Shown: piece by piece, positions 39,901 to 51,900 of the stretch
How positions within the stretch are numbered: position 1 is the stretch's first letter
How the letters are laid out: every line of letters begins with the position of its first letter
Assembly (NCBI GenBank): GCA_013152815.1
Contig: JAADFO010000048.1
Coordinates: forward strand, 1 to 52,741
DNA length: 52,741 bases
Direction of reading: 5' to 3'
Source of the DNA: Nanobdellati archaeon
Lineage (GTDB): Archaea; Nanobdellota; Nanobdellia; Woesearchaeales; JAADFO01
Notes under the pieces: model-generated
The model's database searches: none
What the model was told of the DNA's origin: nothing
The model's input: only the letters and a program-made list of their open reading frames with translations
Made by a program: the position numbers and the translations under genes

Positions 39901-42900
39901 ACGTCTTCAACATCACCGGAATCGGTCAGGGCAGCCATCAATGGTCGGTCAACTGCACCGACGCAGCAGGAAACAGCAACCGGTCAGAGACACGCATCCT
40001 CACCAGAGACAGCACCGCCCCCACCATCACCATCCACCATCCGCGCATCGGAGCGAACCTCTCGAGCAGCACCGCCCTCTTCAATTTCACCGCCGACGAC
40101 AACCTGGACGCATCCCTCAGCTGCAACATCACCCTCGACGGGAGCATGACCGCAGACAGCCCGCTTCCTGCCCCGAACGGCGTACCGACCAACACCAGCG
40201 TCCTGGGGCTCTCCGACGGGATCCATCGATGGAACATCAGTTGCCTTGATAACGCCTCCAACAACGCATTCAACGGCACCTACCTGTTCATCACCGATAC
40301 GCTTGCACCACAGACAGCCCTCCTGTCTCCCCCTGACCAGTCCTGGGATGATGACGGGCTTGTCCGGTTCAACTATTCTGCGACCGACAATCATCTCCGG
40401 CAATGTGAGCTCTGGGGAAATTTCTCAGGCAGCTGGGCAAAGAACCAGACCGACCTTGTTCCAGAGAACGACACCCCCCATAACTTTAGCCTGGTGACCC
40501 TGGAAGACGGCGATTACCGATGGAACGTCAACTGCAGCGACTATGCAGGCAACAGTGCCTTCAACCTCACCAACTACACGATCCACATCGATAGGACAAC
40601 ACCAGGAATAACATATGCCTACCCTACACCTGCCAACGATACCAACACGACCCAGACGACCATCATCATCAATGTCACACACCAGGAGAACAACCCGGCC
40701 AGCATAGCGTTCTACTGGAACGATAGCCTCAATGCCTCAAGAAGCTACGCGGCCGGAACCGGACAATACACCAATTTCACCCTGACAGGAGCAGAGGACG
40801 GAAGCTACCGGTATCTGGTGAGACTCAATGACTCGGCCGGACACCAGAACGAGACCAAGAACAGGACGATCACCATCGACACCCATCCTCCGCTCACCAG
40901 CATCATCGGACCGGCCGACCAGAGCTGGCGCAACATCGCCACGGCAGACACCACGTTCTTCTACAACACCACCGATACGGTCCTGACGGTCGCCAACTGC
41001 AGTCTCATCCTCGATAACCAGATCAACCAGACCAACCGAAGCATCACAGAAGGGGCAATCCAGAACTTCAGCGCGACCTTCAGCAGCGGAACCTACAGCT
41101 GGAACATCAGTTGTGAGGACACGCTGCAGAACCAGAACAGCACTCCCACCAGAATCCTGCAGGTGGACCTCACCATGCCCTCTGCCACGAAGGAAGCCAT
41201 CAACGCCACGGCATTCGGGGTCAACGAGTATATCTGTCTCAATCTCAGCGCTGCTGACACCCTGTCGGGGGTCAGCACGATCTATACCCAGGTGGACTAC
41301 CCAGTGAGCGGACCCATCAACATCAGCCTTTCCAACGCTACCGGAGGATGCGGCAACGGAGGAGGAGCTGTCTGGAGCGTCTCCCTCCAGAACGTCGAGA
41401 GCGGCCAATACAACTGGACCATGACCTATGTCATCGACACGGCAGGGAACATCAACGGTACCTATCCGCAGACCCTGCTCAACTGGTCTGCCACGACCCT
41501 CATCGAGATGAACGCGACCATGATCCGACCGACGGTCAACACCGAGATCAACGAATCTGGACAGCACAACAGCTTTGTGCAGACCTGCTCGGCCAACTGC
41601 ACAAGTGGGATCTGCAGAGATACGACGCTGCAACCACAGTATGACAACGGGACCTGGCAGGACATCACGACCCTGAACACCCAGCTGAGCAGCTCCCTCG
41701 ACAGCTACGACTGCGGCAACCTTACCGCCCCGGACACACTCTGGTGGAACCTTTCCTGGAAGAAGAAACAGGCCATCAACCTCAGCGTCAGTTCCGGAGC
41801 AACGCCCGAAGGGTATCAGATCCATCTCATCCTGAATGCGTCCAATGCAGGGACAGGATTCAACTGGAGCAGGAATTGCACAGACATCAGGATCATCAAT
41901 GCAAGCGAGGACGCAGAACTTCCCCATTGGACAGAGAGCTGCAATGCCACGACCCAGAACGCTTCCCTATGGGTGAAGGTGGATACCAACATCACCACGA
42001 TCATCAGCAGTATCTATCTTTACTATGACAACCCGGCAGCGACATCGACATCGAACGGGACAGCCACCTTTGAATTCTTCGACCAGGGAGACCAGATTGC
42101 CGACTGGACCACCAGCGGTACCGCAGGCCAGAGCGTTTCTGTCGGCAGGCCACAGCCCAGCTACTACGCGACATCGGTCAACGGCAACTATATGTACCAG
42201 GATGTCACGCTGGTTCCCGACCGGATCATCGAATGGGATTTCCGCTCCGATGGCCTGGGCAACTTCTACTATCTGGTGAACGCCGCAGGGTCTGGCCAGC
42301 ATTTCCGTCTGGAGACCCGAAGCGGCAATTCAGCAGGATTGGGCGCGGCCAGTTCGTGGACCTCCTGGTCGGTACCGACCCAGACCTGCGGCAATCTCGC
42401 CACAAACACCTGGTACGGGTTCAGGCTGGTCATAGGGTCGAGCACAGCGCAGGGGTATGTCGACGGGAACGCATGCGGCGGCGCCTACACCTTCTCAGAC
42501 AACGGAGGATTCATAGGCCTGGTGGGCGACGGTCTCGGCTCAGGATTCACCACCTGGATGGACAATCTCAGGATCAGGAAATACCACACGCCGGAACCCA
42601 CCTATGCCATCAGCGAAGAGCAGATAGGCGAAGGAATAAACAACAACAGCTACTGCTCGGCCAACTTCACCATCACCGCCGGAAGCGACTCAGGAAACCA
42701 GAGCTGGCCGATCCGTTGCACCGCAACATCGACGACAGCACCCATAGACTATTCGGGAACCGTCAACATCACCATCAATGACCATCCTCGGGCATCGTTT
42801 TTGAGCCCGCTGGACGGCCAATGGCTCAGAGGAACGGTCATCCTCAACGGCTCTACCTCCTCTGACAGCGACGGGACCATCGACAACTACCGTTTCCAGC

Positions 42901-45900
42901 TGGACAACCTGACCAGCTTCGCCTCCCCAAGCACACTCTGTGACAGCAATGAAAGCAACTGCACCCTCGACACCCAAAGCCAGACCCAGTGCCAGGACGA
43001 GAGCCAGACCTGCTACCTGAAACTGCAGGTCACCGACGACAACCAGCTCACCAACAGCACGACCATCACCATCGGCATCGACAATACCGGACCTCTCACG
43101 TCGCTTGACCTTCCGCAGAACGGGACGAACATCACGAGCGACAGCTTCTTCATCAACGCCAGCGTACAGGACCAGGGGATCGGAGTGAACACCTCCACGT
43201 TCGAGTACCGTGAGAACGACACGGCAAGCTGGAAGCTCATCTGCCATGACAGCAGGGCGCCCACCTATAACTGCAACTGGGACCTGACCGCCCTGGAAGA
43301 CGGGACGACCTATGAGGTGAGAGCATGGGCCAACGACAGCCTGGGAAACACAGGGACAGCAAGCCTCCACAGCAACATCACCATCGATAGGGGGAAGCCC
43401 AACATCTCCCTGGAATCCCCTGCCAACATGACCTGGCACCTGGAGAACATCACCTTCCTCTACAATGTGAGCGAAGGCATCTCCGGCATCATCAACTGCT
43501 CACTGCTCCTTGACGGGACCATCAACAGCACCGACACCTCGATCAGCACAGGAATCTCCCAGCAGTTCGATGTCACCTATCTTGCCGACGGCAACCACAG
43601 CTGGGCAGTGCAATGCTACGACGGAAACGACAACCTCGGAACCTCTGCAAGCAGGATAGCCCGGATCGACATGACCGGCCCGGACACCATCCTCGACAGG
43701 CCACAGAACTTCACCAACATCTCTGCGACGCTGTATCTCATCAATGCGACACCGAGCGACGGTGCAGGCATCGGCGTCAACGGCACCACCTTCGAGTATA
43801 GGCAGAACCAATCCGCGTCCTGGGTCAAGATCTGCACCGACAAGAGACCCCCGAAATATACCTGCAGCTGGGACACCTCGGTGCTCAACGAGGCCCGGAC
43901 CTATGAGGTGAGAGCATGGGCCAACGACAGCCTCGGCAATATCGGCGCAGCAGACCTGCATCAGAACATCACCATAGACTACCATGGACCGGGCATCATA
44001 CTCATGTCTCCAGAGAACGACAGTCAGGATGTTGATGGCAGCATCAGCTTCAACTACACTGTCCAGGACACCTTCCTGAGCATCATCAACTGCAGTATGC
44101 TCATCAACGGCAGCATCAACAAGACCGCGACAGGCATCACCGAAGGAAGTGTCCAGAGCTTCCAGCAGAACCTTCCCAACGGCACCTATGACTGGAGCAT
44201 CAAGTGCTATGACACTGCCCAGAACAGCAATGTCAGCCTGACACGCAGAGTCGTCGTCGCGCCGGACAGCGAACCCCCCCGGATCAGAATCCTATCGCCC
44301 GCGCCGGGCGCGGTCGATTCAGACGGCAACGTGCTCTTCACCTACAATGTGAGCGACACGCTCTCTGCTGTGGCCAACTGCAGCCTCACCCTCAACGGGA
44401 CCGTCAACAAGACGACGTTCTCTCCCACAGAGAATGCCATCAACACGTTCACCGTGACAGACATGAATGATGGGCTCTACTACTGGAACATCACCTGCAC
44501 CGACCTGGCAGCATCTCCCAACCAGAACACCACGGAGACCAGAAACCTCACGGTGACGCTCCTGCCTGACATGGTCGTGACCCTCTCGACCGACCAGACC
44601 GCCTATGAACAGGGTGAATATGCCAACATCACGACCAACACCACCGATTCCTTCACCAATCCGCTCAACACCACGGTCACCACATACATCATCCCCAACA
44701 ACACATGGTACAATCCTGCTTACCGTTATCGCCGGGCCATCAACATCACCGAACAGTCAGGAAAGAACCTCACCGAATATCAGATCAACCTGACCATAGA
44801 CACCGCGAGCCTCATCGTCGCGGAAAAACTGAGGAACGACTGCAACGACATACGGTTCACCAACGCATCCCATCAGGACATGCCCTATTACATCGAGAAT
44901 TCTTCATCGTTGGGATGCGACCAGACAAGCACGCTGGTATGGGTCCAGGTCCCCTTCCTCAGGGATCAGGAAACGACGACCATCTATATGTACTATGACA
45001 ATCCTGACGAGACCGACAGCAAGAGCGACAAGTGGGAGGTGTTCAACTATTCCACACCGACAGCGACCGCCTATGTCGTATCTGAACTCCTCGCGTCCCA
45101 TGACAGCTTTGATCTCGTGAGCTTCCGGGACAGCAACAGGATCATCGTCGGAGCGAGCGATACGGTCCAGAACCTTTCTGACACGGTCCAATACACCGGA
45201 ATCCTCAACTACACCAACGTCTCTGCCACGCAGCCATTCTTCGGAGCAGGCAATGAACAGGCAACAGACGGGGGAGGAGAAGATGCCCTGGCACCCATAG
45301 GCTTCGCCGCGAAACAGTTCATCTACCTCGACCGCATCGGCTCCTACTATGACCGCTATTACATCTATTCGCCGTTTGGAGATGCCACGGTGGAACTCTT
45401 CGAGGGCAACGATGGAGCATTGCCTCTGACCAGTGTCGCCGGACCCATCACCGTCGCTAAGGGGACGGTCGGCGTATTGACGGCGAGCGTCATAAGCACC
45501 GATGAAGCAAACTTCCTCAACGCCAGCATTCCCGTAGTTGTTGCCCATGATATGACCACCGGCGTCTATGATGCCTACATCCTCCACCCGCCCGACACAG
45601 ACTGGTGGGGAGTCCCGGGGACCTGGGTGCTCATAGCAGCCCTGGAGGACAACACCAACATCCAGATCCTGGAGAACAACGGCAGCAACAGGACCATGAC
45701 CCTCAACGCATTCCAGGACTACTCCTACCAGGACGGCGCAGCGAGCCAGGGAACAGGAAACGCTTATCACATCATCGCCGACAAGCCCATCGCCGCACTC
45801 CAGAATGCCGACGGCGATGGAGGAGAGACGACGACCTTCCTGCCGGAGAAAGAGCTGGACAACGAATACTTCATCCCCCACGGCTACGATTACCTGACCA

Positions 45901-48900
45901 TAGCAACGACCCAGCCCAACACCAACTGCACCCGCTATGACAATACGGGAGCAAAGATCGACAGCCAGCTCTCCACCAATACCTATGGGTACCCTTTCCC
46001 CAACAAGATCCTCTTCGGCGCCCGGACCACCTCATCGGGAGACCATCTGGTCTGCGACAGTCCTGTCTATGCCTACTATGAATACACCGGCGTCAGCGGC
46101 GGCGGCGATGAGCACAACCTCTGGAGCCTCAAGGCCAACCGCCAATACCAGTATCCCTCACCGACGCTCTCTTTCGATGCAGAGACCGCGCCAGGACTCT
46201 CTAACCAGAGCGTCACCGGGCTTGACGGCATCTGGACCTGGGTGTGGGATACCCTGCTCCAGGCGACCGGCAACTATTCCATCATCTCCTACGCGACCAA
46301 TCCATCCTATAACGAAGGAAGGGACTTCACCAACATAACCATCGCTGTGGACAGCACCGCACCGAATATTGCCCTGGTCTCTCCGGACAACCGATCCTTC
46401 TCCGGCGCCTCTGCCCTATTGAGCTATATCCCGACAGACAATGGGCATCGGTTCAGGAACTGCAGCCTCATCCTGGACAATCAGGTCAACCAGACCAACA
46501 ACACTGCGCTCATCGATGCCAGAGAGGAGAATTTCACGGTATCGGGACTGGCCGAGGCCAGCCATCTCTGGCAGGTGAACTGCACCGACCTCGCAGGCAA
46601 CAGCAACGGTTCTGTGACCTATACGCTCATCACCGACCTGACACCGCCGGCCATCACGCCCATCGCTCCCGGGCAGGACACCAACATCTCCAGCTCCACG
46701 GTCCTGTTCAACTTCAGCGTCCAGGACAACCTCCAGCCGTGGCTGCTCTGCAACCTCACGGTCGACGGGACCGTGAGGAACAACATACCAATCAACGTGA
46801 GCAACGGCAGCAACGGGAACATGACGATAACCAGCCTCGGAGACGGACAGCACATCTGGAATGTCACCTGCTGGGACAGCACCGATAACGTAAACACCAG
46901 CATCGCCAGGAACTTCAGTGTCGATACCCTGGCACCGACCGTCGGCCTGGCCGCACCCACCAACGGTTCCTGGAGCGACACGGCCACCATACAGTTCAAC
47001 ATCTCTCCCTCAGACGACAACCTGAAGCTCTGCGAGCTCTGGGGGAATTTCTCAGGCACCTGGGCGAAGAACCAGACACTCGACGCCCCGGTCAACGGAA
47101 GCATCAACAGCTTCCAGCCGCTCATCCTCAATGACGGAAGCTATATCTGGAACGCCAACTGCTCAGACTATGCAGGGAACGCCGCATTCAACCAGAGCAA
47201 CAGCACCTTTGTCATCGATACGCAGGAACCGTCGGTCTCCTTCATCTTCCCCACTCCACAGAACGACACCAACCAGAGCATCAATACGCTCACCCTCAAT
47301 ATCAGCCACAACGAACTCCATCCAGAGGTCCTCAGGGTCATACGCAACGGGACCGAGGAATATCAGGCAGCCTATGAAGGGAGCTACTCCAACCTTACCT
47401 TGACAGGATTAGCAGACGGCACCCATAGCTATTACGCCTGGGTGAACGACAGCGCAGGCAACAGCAACCAGACCCTCATCAGGACGATCCACATAGACAC
47501 CCATGCACCCACCCTGCTCCTGCTCTCACCTGCCAACGACAGCTGGCGGAACAACGCGACCGCCAATACGGCATTCATCTACCAGACGGCAGATGATGTG
47601 CTGACGGTGAAGAACTGCACCCTCTTCATCGACCAGCAGGCGAATGCTTCCGACAACAGCGTAGAAGAAGGGACTGCAGAGAACTTCACCCTCCGCCTGC
47701 AGAGCGGTTCCTACAACTGGAGCATCAGCTGCACCGATACGGTCGGCAACGCCAACAACAGCGAGACACGGCTCATCAAGGCGGATACTTTCTTCCCGAC
47801 CATCGCCAACGAGAGCATCAATGACAGTCTTCTCAACATCACCCAGTATATCTGCTTCAATGCCACCATCGACGACAACCTCTCGGGCATCGACCAGGTC
47901 TCCATCAGCATCCTCGACCCTGACCTCACGACCCAGACGGTCACCCTCTCAGACAGCGCCACCACCAGCTGCGACCAGACCAATGGGGATCACACCTACT
48001 CTGCAGAATGGGAGATCCAGAAACCGGGAGCCTACAACTGGACGACGACGCAGGTGAACGACACCGCAGGCAACCTGCAGACAAGCTCTCCCGGACTGCT
48101 CTTCAACGGCACCAGCATCGCCAGCCTCACGGTGAACCTCACCGCTCCTTTGGGGACCCTGGAAATCAACGAGTCAGGCCCGGCAAACGACTTCACGCTC
48201 AACTGTTCGACCACCTGCGACGACAGCCCGGAGAACTGCAGTTTTGTCCGGCTCTTCGCCGTCTACAACGAGACGCTGGCAGGGACAGACATCTCCACGG
48301 TCACCACCGACCTGGTGAACGACGTCAACGGCTTCTTCTGCGGCGACCTTGTCCCGCTCGAGAGCTGCAACGCAAGCTTCCATATCACCGCCGGACAGGA
48401 CTCAGGCAACAGAGAATGGCAGACCTGGTGCCGGGCAGACTCCTCCAACGCCGGAAACTACCGGTCTGATGGGATCCTCAACCTCACCATCAACGATGCC
48501 CCTCTCGCCAACCTCTCTTCGCCGGCAGAGGGTGCATGGCTCAAAGGGACCGTCATCCTCAACGGCTCGACCTCCTCCGACTCGGACGGCACCGTCAGCA
48601 GATATGTCTTCCAATTGGACAACCTGACGACCTTCAGCTCTCCCACCACCCTCTGCGACACCACCGACGGCAACTGTACCCTCGACACCCAAAGCCAGAC
48701 CCAATGCCAGGACGAGAGCCAGGAATGTTACGTCCTGCTTAAGGTCTATGATGACAATGACCTTTCCAACAGCACCATCATCACCATCGGCATCGACAAC
48801 AGCGGACCGGTCCTGAGCATCAGCCAACCGGTCAACGGCACCAACATCACCCAGGACAGCTACACGCTGAGCGCGGGCGTCACGGATACGGGGATAGGCA

Positions 48901-51900
48901 TCAACAGCACGCAATTCTTCTACCGCCAGAACAGCTCCGGCAGTTTCGCCCTTGCCTGTACCGACGTAGACGGGACAGCTCCCTATTCCTGCAGCTGGAA
49001 CGTCTCAAGCCTGGTCGACCTGACGACCTATGAAGTACGAGCATGGGCCAACGACAGCCTGGGAAACATCGGAGCCAACGACACCCGGTCCAACATCACC
49101 ATCGACAGGATGCCTCCCCGGATCAACCTCTCGGGACCGGCAAACGACACCTGGCATCATGAGAACATCACCTTCAACTACACCACTGCAGACGTCACCG
49201 TGGGGGTCATCAACTGCAGCCTGCTCCTCGACGGGACCATCAACAGCACCGACACCTCCATCGCTGAAGGCAGCCTCCAGGCATTCGCGGTGAACGGAAT
49301 CGGCGACGGTGCCCACGACTGGGCGATCCGATGCTATGACAGCGTAGGGAACCATAATGTCAGCAGGTCCAGGACCGTCCATGTCGACACCACCGGACCC
49401 ACCACCCTTCTCGACAGCCCGAGCGGTTTCGCAAACCTCTCCTCCAGCCCTGTCGTCGCCAACGCTGCCGTGAACGACGGTCCTGGCATCGGCGTCAATG
49501 CCACCTCATTCTGGTACCGGCAGAACCAGACCGCGAGCTGGAACATCATCTGCGTCGACGGAGTCCCCCCGACCTACCTCTGCATGTGGGACATCAGCAG
49601 CCTCGCCGAGGGCAAGACCTACGAGGTGAGAGCCTATGCGAACGACAGCCTGGGAAACATCGGAGCCAACGACACCCACCAGAACATCACCATCGACAGG
49701 ACCCCACCGACCGTGCTTCTGGAGAGCCCTGCCAACGACAGCCAGGACACCGACGGAGACGTGCTTTTCACCTATAATGTCTCTGACGCGCTCTCCACCA
49801 TCAGCTCCTGCGACCTCATCATAGACGACAGCATCAACCTCACCAATACCAGCATCACGAAAGACACCACGCTCAGCTTCAGCCAGACCTTCGCCACCCG
49901 CAATCTGAACTGGAGCGTCAACTGCACCGATGCTGCAGGAAATATCGGAGGCGCTCTCACCTATGTACTCAACGTCTCTCCAGACACGAAACCTCCCGTG
50001 GTCACCCTGCTCGGTCCGGCGAACCAATCCACCTACACCAACGAGAATGTGGTGTTCCGATACAATGTGACGAGCGACATCTCAGGCATCGACAACTGCA
50101 GCATCCTGCTTGACGGGACCATCAACCAGACCGATACCAGCGTCGTGGCAGACAGCACCCAATCATTCACCATCACGGGGGTGAACGACGGCAACTACAC
50201 CTGGAGCGTCCAATGCTATGACGGGGCAGCCATCCCGAACATGGGAATCGGCGGCACCTTCAACCTGACCGTCAGGAAGACCTCGAGCATCATCGTCAAC
50301 GTAAGCACATCTGCCCTCATCTACCAGCTCGGTGAGCTGGTGCCCATCCTCACCAACACCACCGACGAGTTCAGGAATCCCCTCGATACCGACGTGAACA
50401 CGAGCATCCGCCTCAATGACAGCTCCTGGTGGGACCAGCGATGGTGGTGGCGACGTGCCATCAACATCACCGAGACCAGCGGAACCTCCTTTGCGGGCTA
50501 CCAGACAAGGATCAGCCTGGACACCCAGACACCGATTGCGGGCCAGAAGATGAACACCGACTGCAGCGACCTCCGGTTCGTGAACAACGAGAGCAAGACA
50601 ATGGCTTACTGGATCGCCTCTGGCTGCAACACCACCACCACGGACATCTGGTTGCGGGTCAACCTGACCGCCAGCCAGACCACCCCGCTCCATGCGTATT
50701 ATGGATATCCTGAAGCGACAGCAATGAGCAACCAGACCTCGGTCTTCGACATCGTAGGAGAGGCTCACATCCTCTCTGTCGGGGGGACTGCACGGACCAT
50801 ACATCTGAATCATACATATCAGCGACCGAGGGTCTTCGCCGTGCCCAGACTGCCGGCAGGAACCTCCCGGAGCGGAACGGTCACGAGCCAGCATCATCTG
50901 ATCACCAACGTGACCGCAGCCAACTTCTCCATCGTCCAGGTCGAATCACCGACGGCAGGGGATGCCACCATCGATCAGACCGACATCTCGCTCATCGTCC
51001 TTGAGAACGGCACCTATTATCTCGGAACAGGTACGCAGGTGGAAGTAGGCACCACCAGTTCGACCGGAGCCTATACAACGGTGACGTTCGCATCGGGCTT
51101 CTCGAGCATCCCTGCCCTGCTTGCGGACACCCAGACCAACGATGCCGGCTCGAGCCAGATCTATGCCCGGGCCCAGGCACTGGGCAGCGCCTCGGTGCAG
51201 CTGCAGCCCGAGAGCGATGATGTCAGCACACCCAGCCTGTCTTCCCCGGAGACCATAGCCTACGCTGCCATCGTCAAACAGACCGATAGCCTGTTCCATC
51301 TGGAAGCCAACACCACAGCAGACTATGTCACCGATGCCTACAGCACCATAAGCTACGATGAGACCTACCAGGACTTCCCGGTCGTGGTCACGCAGATGGT
51401 CGACGAGGGCGGAGGGGACTCGTCCTTCTCGACCACAAGAAACATCGGTCTGACGACCTTCCAGGTGTCGAGCGAAGAGACAGCAGCCTTCAATGGAGGC
51501 CATACGACTGAACCGCACAGTTACCTCATCGCGCCGGAAGGAGCGATCCTCGGAAGGGCGGACCTGGCATCCTCCGCACCAACCCAGACCACAGGAGGCG
51601 AAGAAGGAGATGCGCCCACCACCTCGACCAATACGACCGGGACAGACGGCCATTGGACCTGGTCATGGAACACCCTCAACGAGTCTGTGGGAAACTACAG
51701 CATCCGGTCCTACGCCACGGCCGCATTGTATGATCCAGGAGCAGGATACCATAGCATCACCCTGGTGCCGGACACCACCCCGCCCAGGATGAGCATTGTC
51801 CTGCCCGGCAACAATACCTTCACCCAGGCGAACCTGAGCCTGCAGTACCTGCCGGTGGAGAACGGGCTCATCATAGAGAACTGCACCCTCACCCTGGACG

